Positions 22,264 through 36,500 of a stretch of DNA of 64,000 bases are shown one piece after another; position 1 is the first letter of the stretch, and each line of letters opens with the position of its first letter. This DNA comes from Octopus vulgaris (taxonomy: Eukaryota), in the NCBI GenBank assembly GCA_951406725.2, contig OX597824.1, positions 45,632,001 to 45,696,000 of the forward strand, in the 5' to 3' direction. The position numbers and the translations under genes are program-made. A model generated the notes under the pieces. That model was not told the DNA's origin, did no database searches, and was given only the letters and a program-made list of their open reading frames with translations.

Positions 22264-25200
22264 AGGGTTACCTAAAATGACCCAAGCAAATACCAACAAA
22301 TGGTGGATGCAGTGACATGCTGCAAACAACACATGCCTCATCATTTGTAAAAGTTGAAATTGTGCATTCTGTGTTTGTCATTGTCATCATTTTTATGTTC
22401 ACTTTCCCAAGCTTGCCTGGCTCATACAGGATTTGTTGAGGCAGATTTTCTACAACTGGATGTGTTTCCTGTCACCAACCCTTGCCTGTTTCCAAGCAAG
22501 GTCATATTTCCCCATGGTTGGACTTGTTTACACAGAAAATTAGAAATAAAGGCCATCTCTTGAATTATGGTGACATTTACTTACAACTATTATATGATAT
22601 CAAGACAAGAAAATACACACACATAAATGCATATGACAAACTTTTTTCAGTTTTTTGTCTATTAAATTCATTCATGAAGCTTTGGATGGTCTAGTGTAGA
22701 AGATACTTGCCCAAGGTAGCACGTAACCATGTGGCAGGGAAATAAATTTCTTAACAACAGCCATACCTAAAATTAACAATGCTTTATATACAATGGGGAA
22801 AAAATTCTTATTTATTTATTATATCAGTTGGTTTTGTATTTTTATTTTCTGTTAAGTAAAATATGAAGATAGCCAGTCAAATATTTTGAGTTCAAGTTAT
22901 TGTTGAATTGTTCTAGTTAGTTTTGCTTGAGCATTTCTATGTCACAAAGGGAGCCTTTTTGCAGTTGCTTGACGTAGTCAAACTTGTAGCCAAGCTTCAC
23001 TCAAATCATACTTAACTGTCTTTAAGCTGGTTATATCTAGCTCAAATATTCTACTTGTTTTATATCCAATCTGGCCTCTTACATCTACTTTACAATGCCA
23101 TCATTGAAATCAATCACATCATTGAAATCTCAAAGTTACAAGATAATGTATGGTTAATTCAAAACAATGTAAATTAAGTTTTAAATTTGACAGAGTAATA
23201 TTAGTGCTAAAAGCTTAAAAAAAGGTAGACATATTCAGTAGGTCAGTCCTGAATACATTGTGTGCAAAACAGGTGGGATTGTCATAAATGAAAAGTCTTT
23301 GATCACAGATCTGCTGGATCAGAGTTAACCTGAGGTATCTCATCAAATACTCAAGAATGCCCTAGTTGTATTCAGTCTAGTGTAGGACCACCCTTCATCA
23401 AGCAAAGCTTAACTGTATAGGGAGGAGTGTGTTAATCATGGTGTATTGTTTGCTGTCAAGTCTGTTCATATATGGTTGAACTGTTCTGGTAGAAGTGGTA
23501 GAAAAATACCCACATTAACTCAGTCTTAGTTATCCCAAAATGGATTTTAAGTCTATTGCAGTTATTTTAGTAATTATGTGTATTTTACATTTGTCTGAGT
23601 TAGATATGAGAGGTGTTTTTTTTTCCTTTCAAATTTTGCAAGGCTAATTTCATTGTAATTCTGTTTGAAGTATATGTGTTGCCAACACGGAAAACGGACA
23701 TTAAATGGCCTGCTTAGATACTGGGACCGGTACACGAGTGAGTGTTTTGGCTTCTTGTTTGAAAAGCAGATATATAAGCTAGAGAAGTTGGTTCAATGAG
23801 CAAATTGTGATTTTATTTTTTTGTTTCTGGTTTTTAAAAAAAAAATTTATTATAGCAGATTTTTCTCTTTTACAACATTGAGACTCACTTCCCTGGAGAA
23901 AATAAAATTTAATATATGCCTTTTTAATGGAGTACAATAATATAGCAATAACCAAACTCATGTTGAATATCAATATCATTCATAAAATTCACTTTGGATA
24001 TTGTATTCTTTCTTTTTTTTTTATCTACTTCCTGGAATTTTATTTTGGGTTTTTTTTATACAATTTTCCTTTTTTCTTCTTATCTGCTTTTGGATATTTA
24101 TTGATAGAGGAACAACTACACCAACAAAATAAACAGCAATAATGAAGAAGTGAAAAATCTAGATGAGGAAGAAAGGCTTTGAGGGTATATAGTTTATTGA
24201 AATCTCTTTTCAGTTATTCTAGACATCAATTCCAAATAAGCAGAAGTGAATAAGACAACATGTTAGTCCATCCAACTATGTTATGGAAATAAGTCATGCT
24301 GTTGTATTGAAAAGTGTATTTGTAGGGGGTGTAAGAGAAAGTGAGATTTCATAATGTTGCCTTCTTGTGTGTGGGAAGCAGGACGGTTGCAGAAATTTAT
24401 GTTTTCCATTCTAAAATTACTTTATGTATTCTCATTTTAGTTGAACAAAAAAAACGACGATAAACATTATACTGGTATAGCTGTATATTTCGATAAACAT
24501 CCTATGAAAACTTGCAACTTTGAGTACTGTGCATGTGTAGAGAGACTGAAGTAGCTAATGGATAATTTATCAGGCGACCAGCTTGTATCAGGATATCAGC
24601 TCTGCTATAAACAGTTCATTGAATGTGGGTAAGATATTTCAGTTTAGCTGAGAAGCAGATCATAGGCGCATTTCTGGGGAATTTAGAAATGATACACGCT
24701 AGAGGTATTTTCTCTTAATGCTAGACAAACCAGTCTAACCTTATGCTTTGTTGTAGATTGTGTAAGGATTACCTTTAAAATTTTATAATGTTATTTTTTG
24801 TCTATCAAATCTTTCCACTTTTTACTCAATCTAAGGTGATGAATAACAATTAAGGGGAACTTAATAACAGGCATGCCTTTAGGTAACTCATGGTCAGAAC
24901 TGTTGCACAGTCATAGAAATGAAATTGCACATTTTATTCTCATTCCACTCTGGTGTCCTTGGTTAGATCAAAGCCTATACAATGCCAATCAATATATTTC
25001 CACATTTTGGCTGGTTTGCTGGCACCTTATCAACTCCTGCACATTCCAACTCTATGGATATTTTTTAGGCCTCTCACATTTTGTGCTAACAATATTTTAT
25101 TATTTTGATTATGACAGTAACATCATTATTGATAATATATTTTTCAGGGAAAATAATTGCTGTGTGATACTGATCTTAGATTCTGTAAGATCTTTCAGAA

Positions 25201-26689
25201 AGTAGTGAAGTAACTAGCAGATTTTCTGTTCTACTGACCCATTTCATTCATGTTAACCTGGATAAACACATACTAGATTGTAGTTTATGTTCTTTTGTGT
25301 CCTATAATTTCTTGGTTCAACTAACAGATGGACAGCACAAAAATAAATTCAGAAGTTGACATGATATGATGGCCTAAACCCTTGATAGTGGTACTCTTGT
25401 ATGACCTCAATCCAATGACTAAAACCAGTAAATGAATATAGATAAGTTACCCTTATGTTTGTAATGTTTAAACAAATTTTGGAAGCATAAGTTGTTTTTT
25501 AATAGTAACTAAGTTTATAGCTTGTTCATGTTGTAAAACTATTCACTATTCTTATCTTCCTCCTCATCATTGAAATGTGATCTTCTTCCATTTGGAATGG
25601 CTATCAAGTTGGTAGCTTCATGATTATCAGATTACCAGCAGCATGATTTGTATAGATATGCATTACAGCAGTTTTGATGTTGCTTAACCTCCAAAGATCT
25701 AATCTAACTCATTCTGAGTTTTTCTTGTCTTTCCTCTACCTTGCATGGTCTCTTTTGTTTCTCTGTTATCAACTGGTAAGCACTTCATCCAATGTATTCT
25801 TTATTGTATTGCCATAGAAGTACAATCTTTATTGCAATATATCAACTAAAGCTTTTAATATTCAATTATTTTCTCTCCTCACTGTTCTTTAGATTCACGT
25901 TCAGCATATGTCAGATAATACTGTATTTATTTTCCATTTGTTATATATTGTCCTTACAATTCATATTTTACTATTCTGCAGCTTTATGCTGCTAGCACTT
26001 TGGCAAAATACTTAAGATATTTTATAATTTTTTTTCAAAAAATCTATTGTTTCTACAATATCCTTCATTGTCCAGATGTCTCATTTCCTTTAAATACTAA
26101 GTTATTCTCTCATTTATTTGACCCATTTCTACTTTAGATAATATTCCTCATGTACTACATCAAACACTTTTTCTTCCTCAACTTATCTTATTTTGCATCC
26201 ACATCACCTCAGCCTGCCTTTACATTGTCTAGTTTATCCTAACAATATCTTTAAATTTTTACAACTTATTCATACAGTATTAGTCTATCTCTGTCCAGTT
26301 CTCCACCCATCCAAATCATCTCTTTATTTGTTTTCGTTTAGATCTTTGATTCAAACAAAAACCTCATTTCACCTTTACATTCACATTAGACATGTAGTCA
26401 ATTCAATGAATTGTAACTCAAGAGATATAGCACAACAAAGGTTTACAAATTCATATTGCTAATGTAAATTGTTTAATGTCTCATGTATGAAAAAAAATTA
26501 TCAACTAGTATCTTATCCTGAGACATTTCTCTATCATCTACTTCGACTACTTGGAACAGATAGTCCAACTATTACATTATGTGTATGTGTGTTTCATTCT
26601 GCACAATACATATTTGTATTGGAAGTTATGTTTAGCAGAATAATTTTATATATGCAGTTGATGCACCCAGAAAATAAATTCCTTTGAAT

Positions 26690-26820
26690 GCTTGAAAGGG
26701 TCTCTAGAATTAGTTGATAACTTCTGTTACCTAGGTGACCAAATCAGTAACAGAGAAAGGCGTTTGGAAAACATAGCCTGAGTAAGAATGAATGGAAATG
26801 TTTAGTTGATGACAAATGGA

Positions 26821-26859
<39 letters not shown>

Positions 26860-27300
26860 TTTCTCTCTCCAAGTAAAGGGTATGATGTTTGTGTATGAAA
26901 TGTAATATTGTATGATAGCAAATTATGGGACATAAAATGTGGAGGATGTACGAAAGCTGAAAAAAAAATATGATGAGCATATTTTGTGTACTATTAGTGT
27001 GCATGGACAGTGGAGCACAGATGAGCTGAAATAAAAACTGGGTATAAGAAGAATCAACTGTAGTTTTCAAGAGAGAAGACGGAGTCAACTCAAATATCTG
27101 ATGCATATGAAAAAGGATCATTAGGTAAAGAAGTGCTGAGTGACCCAAATGGAAGGAACCAGCATGAGAGGAAAACAATGGAAAAAGCAAGTGGGAAAAG
27201 CTGATCTCAGCAGCTTGAATCTCATAAAGATCACAAAAGATCTGAACACATAGCATGTTTTTTTGCAAGCATAGAAAGTCATTATATTATGACTACTTTC
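26690..27300 (+). mobile_element. Highly decayed RTE LINE fragment
   Basis: GATAACTTCTGTTACCTAGGTGACCAAAT (DxFCYLGDQ) and downstream homology to the reverse complement of 5440-5990. Confidence 0.6.
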
Positions 27301-28119
27301 CATGATATGGTAGATTGGGTGGTTTGTTGCAGTTTCAATTAATTTTTATTTGGAGTTATTTCCTCCTAGATGGGTTGGAGGACTAAATCTCATTTATACG
27401 TTCCACTTTTGACATGATTTCTACAGTTGGATACCTTTCCTAACACTGACCACCATACAGAATGTAACATGTGCATTTTATATCATCAATACTAAAAATA
27501 TCTCTCCAGCCAGATGAGAGAAACCACCTGCATTTTCTCTGCTCTCTGTAAAGTAGTTGGCATTATGAAGGGCATCTGGCTATAGAAACCATGCCAAATC
27601 AGACTGGAGTTTGGTGCACCGTCCAACCCATGCTAGCATGGACAACAGATTTTAAACGATGATGATGATTCATGTACTACTTTACAGAGTGTATTATTTT
27701 ATAATGGAACCAGTACTAGTGAGATTACCTTATGCCCCACAGTGCTAAAGAACCCCCACCATCCTATGAAGATTCTCCCTGTTCAAGGCAGTGAACCAAA
27801 AGGGTAAGTAGAAGAGAGATTGATGGCAAAAGGGAGAAACAAGTTACTTGTATGAGCGAATGACTGAAGGGAGAGTAATGTATAAATGATAGTATTAGAG
27901 GGAGTAATGGAAGAGAGGCAATGGTAGCAGCTACATGCTTGCTGCTGTGAGAGAGTGATAGATGTCAATAAAAAAAATGACCTAAAGTAGAGGATTTGAT
28001 GGTTGTGAACACAGAAAAGGTGATGGCTGAGTGTGTCAGATGTAAAATAGGTTGATGTTTCCTTTATATATGAGTGGCAACATGGTGCAATGAATAAGTA
28101 AGAGGGTTTTGACATTTTT

Positions 28120-28800
28120 TTGTGAGGCTCAGCATTCTCAGATTACTTTGTTCCATATCTTTCTAGGTTCCTCTCTTCCACAGATTCCATCCACTTTGAT
28201 TGCTCAGCACTGTTTTGGTATCATCCTGCATACACATCATACACCTGTATCAATGCAGTTTTTTATTCTTGCACATTACACCTGATTCTTCATACATCTG
28301 GTTTTTATCTCTACTTGTTTGTGCTCCATTGTCCTTGAACACTACTATCATATATCCAACAAATCATGCTTGCTTCATTTCTTTCTAGTCCTTGCAAATC
28401 TTATACATTCAAGGCCTCAATATCATGCAACATCACATTCTGTACACAAGCATAATATAATCTGCACTGAACTTTGAAAGAAAAATCTTTTGTTATCTAC
28501 AGAGGCAATAGAGCCTTAAATTGTCAAAACCATTTTTAATCTGGTTACTATACTTTTGAAACTCTCACTTTCACAGCTAATTAGGTCACCAAAGTAACAA
28601 AAGTTATCAACTTTTTGAAAATCTATATTACTGATCTTAACACTTACTACACTTACACATCTGTTGCATATAAAATCTTTCTTCACCATTAGCCTACCTG
28701 TGTGATCCTACTACACCTCTTATGTGTCCATTGTTTACACTGGGTACACTATAGAATTTCAACCTCTTCTTTTTTCTGCATGTTGAGCATGGCCATTTCC
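28120..28800 (-). mobile_element. Decayed RTE LINE fragment
   Basis: Homologous to 5460-6190, including the Cys-rich insert (…TGGGTACACTATAGAA…, GAGCATGGCCATTTCC). Confidence 0.65.
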
Positions 28801-29143
28801 TACATGTGTCCATGCACACACAAACACGCACATATAAGAGTTGTTGCTGACTAAGACGAAGGGTGTCAGATTAGCAGGCAAAAGTTTTTGCTAAAATTGT
28901 AATTTTTAATCTCATTCAACCTAGTGTAGCTCACAGTATTCATACAATGTATCAGCAATAAGTTAGGTACACTGTGTGAAGTGACTGTCTTCAATGTTGC
29001 CCCTCTGACCAAAATATGGAACTGACACACTGTTCTCTTGTAGAGTTTGAACTTGAAAAATGTAGTGCCAAACTAGATAACCTTAAAATTCTCTACTCTT
29101 TACCATATGCATTAGATCTAGTTATCAGGTCTACACACACATG

Positions 29144-29182
<39 letters not shown>

Positions 29183-29360
29183 TGATGTCAAAGACAAACC
29201 TTTTATCTTCTAATGTCAGCTAAAACATAGTTGGTGTATTCTAGCTATATATTCTGTCACTGATAGTCTTACTCCATTCAGTCTTTTAATTCACCTCCTC
29301 CTACTCTTATTATGAATTACTTTTATATTTATCTTGATTTTTGTTTTCTATCCATTTCAG

Positions 29361-29429
29361 TGTCGATTCGTCATAAAATATCGTCATTGCGATGGTGTTT
29401 TAAAGGTGAAGCTAACAGATGACTCAGTG
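29361..29429 (+). CDS. SRP9: SRP9 internal coding exon (69 nt, phase 0-0): CRFVIKYRHCDGVLKVKLTDDSV
   Basis: The peptide matches the conserved SRP9 core (human [23 protein letters not shown], the same 23-aa length, from memory). The acceptor is TTTTCTATCCATTTCAG| and the donor |GTAATA. It splices in frame to 38811. Confidence 0.95.
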
Positions 29430-30144
29430 GTAATATTCATTTTGTTGCTACCTACTTTACTCAATTCAATACTTGGTTATTTTCTCTCTCAGAGTCATTT
29501 CCATCATTTTTTTAATGCTCTTATTGTTTCTTTTTTTCTTTTGTATTTGTTGATTCATGTATTCACTTCTTCCTCCACATCATCATCATCATTATCCAAG
29601 GAACATAGCCGGCATGATCAATACAAGAAGGAACGAAATACCTTACAGTATTTTATTATCCCTCTTTGTTTTCCACCAAGGCTGACTTTGCCTTTCATCC
29701 TTCTGAAGCAAATAAAATAAATACCAGTAAAGTATTGGGTTGATTCCTGAAATTGTTCTTCTTCCTCCCAAAAAGAAAATGTTTGTGACCTTGTACCTAC
29801 GTTAGACATAATTACCATTGTTATTCTCAGGTTTTGAAAATATTGATTACGCTCTTCCCTGTCAACAAATGTCATTGTGTCTGTGAAATAGATCCCTATT
29901 GTTGCAAAGTGAGAGAGGTCTGAATGCCATAACATCCTGTCATTTCTTCTCTGGTATGAAAGCCAAATAAGTTGTAGATGAAGGCAACAGCTTAGCTAGG
30001 AAGTATACTGCAAGTTAACTATGTCCTTTACCTGCTCAAGGTGACGGGGGTGACTGTTTAGTTCTGTTCAACTAGCAGATCACAAGGTTGAATAAGTATA
30101 GTCAGATCAGTAGCATATCATGAGGATGTGCCTTTCTATAGGTA

Positions 30145-30530
30145 TAGGTGTGTGGTAAAAAGTTTGCTTCCCAATCACATGGTTCCGGGTTCAGTCTAAC
30201 TGCGTAACACCTTGGGAAAGTGTCTTCTACTATAGCCTCAAGCTGACCAAAGCCTTGTGAGTGGATTTGGTAGATGGAAGTTGAAAGAAGCTTGTTATAT
30301 ATATATATATCTTTGTGTCTGTGTTTGTCCCTCGCCACCACTTGACAACCAGTGTTGGTGTGTTTACTTCCTTGTGACTGGTTCGTCAAAAGTGACTGCT
30401 AGAGTAAGTATCAAACATAAAACAAACAAAAAAAAATAATAAATACTGAGGTTGATTCATTCAACTAAAATTTCAAGGTGGTGCCCCAGCATGGCTGCAG
30501 TCTAATGACTGAAGCAAGTAAAAGATAAAA
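30145..30530 (+). mobile_element. tRNA-derived SINE family 2, near full length
   Basis: GTGTGGTAAAAAGTTTGCTTCCCAATCACATGGTTCCGGGTTCAGTC head, CCAAAGCCTTGTGAGTGGATTTGGTAG body and CAGCATGGCTGCAGTCTAATGACTGAAGCAAGTAAAAGATAAAAG tail. Confidence 0.85.
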
Positions 30531-31228
30531 GAGAAACCATCCCATTTATATTCACAACAGGAAGGAAGAAATGATGTAACAGTAGTTTGGTTTCATTGCC
30601 TACATCATCATTATCATCATCTACCTTTCTATTAAGCCTAAACTAGAAAACTGAATCAGCTCTGTTATTGTTTGTTTTTGGCATATATTAGATTTTTATT
30701 GATTTATTTATTTTGTTAATTTTTTAATGAATACATTGAATAGTTTTCAATTTAATTCTCCAGTAAAGTTACAGTTTTAAAACTTTATCTTATCTCTAAC
30801 ATATCATATCATTAATAACCAGTTATTCATAAATGGTTAACTTCTTCCATATTCTCTGATTAAGGAACATTACACTCAGCTTCTTTTAATGAACAAAAAT
30901 GGTTGTGGTGTTGGTGGTGGCGATGATAGAGATGGAGGCATTTGCATTAATATCTTTAGTTGTTATTGTTCCTTTCCTAAGTCACTGCTGCTGCTTCTAG
31001 GGCTTATACCCAAAGTACCTATTTCTAGTGCCTTCTCTGCTTTGAAACAGATGTGTCTAGCGATGGAGTTTGATTTTAGTTATCAGCAAACATCTAAATA
31101 TCTTTACTTTTGCTTTCCTTTACACCCAACCCATCATCTCTTATCTTACTCATAAAGACAAAAAATTGTCAGCACCTACTTTAATTTTTATTTTTGTTTT
31201 GTTCTAGGTCTTTTTTCTTACATCCTAA

Positions 31229-31273
<45 letters not shown>

Positions 31274-33539
31274 CAACTCTCTAGTGCCAAACTTCATCCA
31301 GATGAAATTATTTACATTCCTCTCTTTACTATATCATCTGAAGGGATAAGCCTATAACCCTTTCATGCATGAATAAAAAGATATCACCAAACTAGGATAC
31401 ACTCTTTGGAATGTTAAACTTTGTGGGTCATATCACAGACTTTAAAAGGCAAAGAAAACTTCATTATTCTCATTCAGGATATTGTTGCAGTTGTTCTATA
31501 ACAGTTCTCATATTTTAAATTTCATTTTTATTGTTGCTATTGGTAGGACATAATGTTTACAACGTGTTGGGTACATAATGCTTACAATATGTAACATTGC
31601 TAATCTGTGGCAGTTGTGAAACATTAACTTTAGAAATCACACTTTTATTGCTATCAACCTAGTCTTGGATAACAATGTATTATGACAACCACTCCCACAA
31701 GACTCATACTTTTCCAACCATAAACATATGCACATTTAAACAACCTTTAAGCTTAGTCCTAGTTTTAAGTGTTGATTGAAGTATATGATATTGTTAATAA
31801 AAATTCATTGAAAATAAGTAATGTGCATATAATTAAACCCCAAAATATTGAATATTGTTAGTCATTTTGGTCTCTAAACACAATTGTTAGTCACATCATA
31901 TTCCTTTTTAATAATCAGTTGTATCAAAGTTTTACATTGTATTACATTGGTGACCTATTCATTCAAACTCCTGTACCTATAATAAAGCACAGGCATAGCT
32001 GTGTGATTAAGAAGTTTTCTTCCCAGCTATATGGTTTGAGATTCATGTTTCACTGCATGACACCTTGAGCAAGTGTAACAGGTGAGATTTGGCAACAGGA
32101 AGGGCATATAACTGTAGCAGATCTGCCTTGGCAATTTCTATCCTACTCATGCAAGCATGAAATAGTGGCTGTTAAAATGATGCTGATGATGATGCAATTA
32201 AACTGTCCCTAGTCCTTTAATAATTTGCAGCACTGTTTCAACACATAAACTCAACTAGATCTCTTGCCAAGCATGTGAGCAAATGAATAAACTCTAGAAA
32301 TAATAGCAATTGTATTTTGAAATAGTGCGATGTTTCTCTACATGAAGATTAATTATTAACGATTAGATTGTAATGCTTGATGATATTGAACATTATGCTC
32401 ATTTAGCCTAATTCTTTGTGTGATATTGCTGTAAATAAATTAAACAGTTGATAACTTGGTAGTAGATTATGGAGCTTTACATATTATGAAAGCTGTGGAA
32501 ACAGTTGTACTCCAACACCTGAATGTATTCATTTTCATTCATTCACCACTTAATGCTTTTAAGCACACACAGCCAGACTGATGATTCTATACTGAAAGCT
32601 TACCATTATGTAATCTATTTTAAATGTAAGGTAACCAAGATGTGGTCAGTCCATCTTGTTTTCTTTTTCTCTGCAGTCATCTATATGACAAATACTTTTA
32701 GAACTACAAACACATGTAACGACTGTTTCTGACATTTTCAGCTTCTTATATTATACAAAACTTGTCAACTTCCATTTTGCTCTTCTTTGTATTTCAACAT
32801 TGAGTTTATATCCTGCATATAGAATATCCAGTAGCCTAAATATGCAGTGGTAATGAACTACTGGTATGTTGTGGAGAAAAATCTTTGTCATTGGCCAAGT
32901 TTCACTGTCATAAAGTAGCATGCACTACTGAAAATCAAGATAGACAATGATATAGATAATGAGCTTGGAAGATGAAGTAACTCTTTTGTCTCCAGAGCAG
33001 CAACAGTAGAGACCAATAAGTATGGTGACTTACTTGTACTTGTGGCAACATTCACCCTGGGCGGGTTGAATCGGCTTCTTCTACCACCCTCGAGGCATCT
33101 CGAACCATGGCAGCCCACGCACAACGATCCAGCGCCAGTTCACTGGAGATAGCGAGCCAGTCACGGTTTCATCAGTGCAGGCCGACCACCCACAGACCCG
33201 TGAGCACGGAGAGGTCCTCCTTGATCGTCGTAGCCCAGGTCTTCAGCTGCCCATTAGGTTCTGTAGACACATTATCTTCATGTTGGTTGAACTCACTTAT
33301 CTCCAGGCTATACCCAGACAAAATTGAACTGAAATGTCAGATTTACTAGTAATAACTGGGTGGATTATTGACTATTTTTAGAATTCTCCTCATGCAGAAA
33401 ATGACAGAATATGAACTGTCAAACTTTTGAGTCATAATCCAAACCACTATTGATTTGCTTATACATCTACCCATCTTCTCTACCCACTATTCCCAGGAAG
33501 ATCATGGAGGAAGGGTCTTCAGACACCTCCCCCTTAGGA

Positions 33540-34130
33540 TCCTATCAAAAGCAACTTTTTTCACTTGGCAGTGAGCCCATTCAGTGCATACTAGTGCTCA
33601 CCATCTGATGAACCCAATAGCATCATATTGTCTGCAAATATCAACTGACCAACCCTTTGTCCACCAATTGTGATACCACTTTGACAATGGTTGTGTATGT
33701 CAATCCACTTCATAAAAATTATGAAAAGGAAAGGTCAACACCCATATTGAAAGGTTTCGACATAGTACCATTGACTTGAACACAAACATTTGGATATTTG
33801 TATACGGACTTCACAGCAACCAAAAGTTGTCTATTTATCCCATACTCCTGCAAAACCCTCCATAGCATTCCTGCAGCATATGGTTGTATGCCTTTTTGAG
33901 GTCTACAAAATGATATTCCCACTTTCTCAAAGACTTGCCATTGAGTGAATATCTGGTCAGTTGTGCTGCATCCAGGATGGAAGCCACACTGTTCTTCAGT
34001 TAGCTTGGGCTTGACAGTTTCCCTACATTTGTTTATGAGACACCTAGTGTAGTCTTTATCAGAGAGGCTCAACAAGTACATCCCAATATAATTAGAGTAC
34101 TCTTTCTCCTCTTTTTTAAAAATAGAGATT
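33540..34130 (-). mobile_element. RTE-clade LINE RT remnant (second family)
   Basis: KLTEEQCGFHPGCSTTDQIF ... LWRVLQEYGINRQLLVAVKSVY ... VQVNGTMSKPF, then IFADNM near 33625-33642. Confidence 0.8.
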
Positions 34131-34829
34131 ATCGTCTTGCCTTTTTTTTTTCAAAATAAACATATTAAATAAACAGAAACAAGCTCCACCAGTCAATTAC
34201 AATCACATTTTAATGACATAAAGTCAGATCACTATGTAAATTAATAATTGTGCATAGTGATGTGAAATTATTGTAACATGACAATATTAATGATAATTTA
34301 ATAGCTAACATTAAACTTCAGAAAATTCTATGAATTTTCAATTTCTGTAAATGCTCAAATTTTGGTGGTTGTTACTTGCCAGTGGCTCAATAATATGAAA
34401 GTATGTGTTTGTTCTTTAGTGCATAAATAACTTCACAATAAAAATTGTTACTGGTGTACTACAAATAAAGCGACAAATAATCAAATACAATAAGATTTAG
34501 CAATATATCCTTTGCTCTAATTTATTTGTCATTAGTTCAAAGCAACTTTTCTCTCTATCATTGCTTTTTGTCGATTTTTTTCCATGTTTGCATGGACTTT
34601 TTTCAACTTAGCAACTCACTAAATGTTGCAGTCCCCTGTCATCTTTCTGAAGTTCAGTTTCTTGAGATTATCCTTCATCACTTCTTTCCATGTCTTCTTT
34701 GCTCTTCTTGGTACTTAATACTTAATTCCATGTATTGTTCTACCTCAGATACTTTTTTAATTCTGAAAAATATTTTACTTAATACTGAATCATGCAGTGT
34801 TTTTGATGCTAAGCTATCAAGACATCAGT

Positions 34830-36500
34830 TCCTATCTGATGAATAAAGTTATCAACGTTATTTGAAATAGTATTCTGAAGTTGTCTAATGTTTAGTTGAG
34901 AGAGTGCATCAACATGAGGAATGGATTTTCCTTTAACATAAGTAATATCGGTTTCAAATTTTGGCTCAAGGTCAGCAGTTTTGGGGGAGGACATAAGTTG
35001 GTTACATTGACCCTAGTTTTCAACTGGTACTTTTTTTATCAAACCTGAAAGTTGACATTGGAATTTGAACCCAGAATGCAATGACAGACAAAATGCTGCA
35101 AAGAATCTTGCCTAGTTAAACAATTCTGCCAGCTCACTGATTTTTTAACAGAAGTAATATAAAAATCAAATACTGTTAGCTATATGACCCACTTTAGTAT
35201 TCTGAAATCTTTGAAATATTTTACTTGATAGGAAATTCATTCTTGTTTTGACCATAGACCTTTTGAAAGCACTTTAATCAATACAAGGAACTTCCAGGTA
35301 CTATTTGTGATCTACACAATTGCTAAAGTTTCACTCTCAATATTTGAATAATTAGCAGTGGTTAACTTCGTTGATAAATATAGTACTGGGTGATCATCCC
35401 ATGATAAAATTCTAAACATTGTGTGTTCATTAGCTCTGATTGTCAATGTGATATATTACTGGCAGCAAATATACTCCAACAACATTCTCATCAAGTATAT
35501 TTTTTTAGAATTTCAAATGTCCTTTGCTGAACATATGTCTAACCAAATTCAACATTTTTCTTATTCAGATTCATAGTCAGTTTAATCATTTCTGAATGTT
35601 TTAGCAAATACTGACCATAAAAATTTGCCAATCTTTAAAAGGTCTTTCTTATCAGAGGGTGGAGAAACATCTAATATGTTCTGAGCTGAACATTAATCTA
35701 AGCAAACATCTTCATTTGAAAAAAGAATAGAAAAAAAATGTTTCCTTTGTATATAATTCTCTGGATGAAATCAGACCTGCATCTTTCAGGCAATCCAACA
35801 TAATTATGGTCTTCAGTTTTGATTTTTCGTCAATATTGTACCCAAACTTGTCTCAATCCGATAGATTATTTTTTTTATATCATCTTCCATTTTTTTATTG
35901 AATGTTGGAAAATGGCACTTGTGGTTTTCATGCCATGTAACATACTTGTCCATCTCAAGAAACAAGAAGGGCTGTTATTGGTAGTGATATCTTAGAAATC
36001 ATCTATTGTTGTATGGAGTTCACCCATGTATCAAATGACATGTTTCTCAGCTGTACTTATTCCAGTAGTCTTGATTTATGGAATGTTTGGTAAATGCCTT
36101 CAATAGTCTCATTTATATTAATTCTTCTTTTATACTTTAGTCACTTTGGCCAATGTTATCAAACTCACAATATCAAGTTGTTACAAACATGGCGCAAAAA
36201 CTTTGCAATGGGCTCAGACAATTCTTGACACTTGTGTTCAGCAATGACCAGTTTCTTTGTAAGCCACATATTCTTCATTATAATCATATGTATTTTGCTG
36301 AGCACATGTCCCCCAGCTCTTTCAGATGAACCATTAGCAATGTCTTCAGTATAGTTGTGATATCAGCTTTCAGTATAAAATATGTGTCTGTTCTCCCTTT
36401 TGGACCATCATGCAATTTCTTTGTTCTTGAGGAGGCAAAAACCATTCTAACCATGTGTCAACTAAGTCAGGATCAGTCAGCATCAGTTCACATTCTATTG
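34830..36500 (-). mobile_element. Decayed Gypsy/Ty3 pol remnant (RT-RNase H)
   Basis: The minus strand gives RILKWVI*LTVFDFYIT, joining (after removing the SINE) DITYVKGKSIPHVDALSQL, which is the Gypsy RNase H C-terminus. MLHGMKTTSAIF near 35905-35945 resembles the Gypsy RT MPxGLKNxxAxF motif. Boundaries are approximate. Confidence 0.65.
34949..35143 (-). mobile_element. Family-1 SINE inserted in the Gypsy remnant
   Basis: Flanked by a 17-bp TSD TTTAACA(T/G)AAGTAATAT at 34932-34948 and 35144-35160. Confidence 0.8.

Noticed and set aside
24483-24510. VYFDKHPMK as a possible end of SRP9 exon 1
   Set aside because: There is no GT donor after the K codon and no upstream M...WEEF motif; a chance resemblance.
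29334-29720. 128-aa ORF as a complete gene
   Set aside because: Only 29361-29429 resembles SRP9 and it is bounded by AG/GT; the rest is intron read-through.
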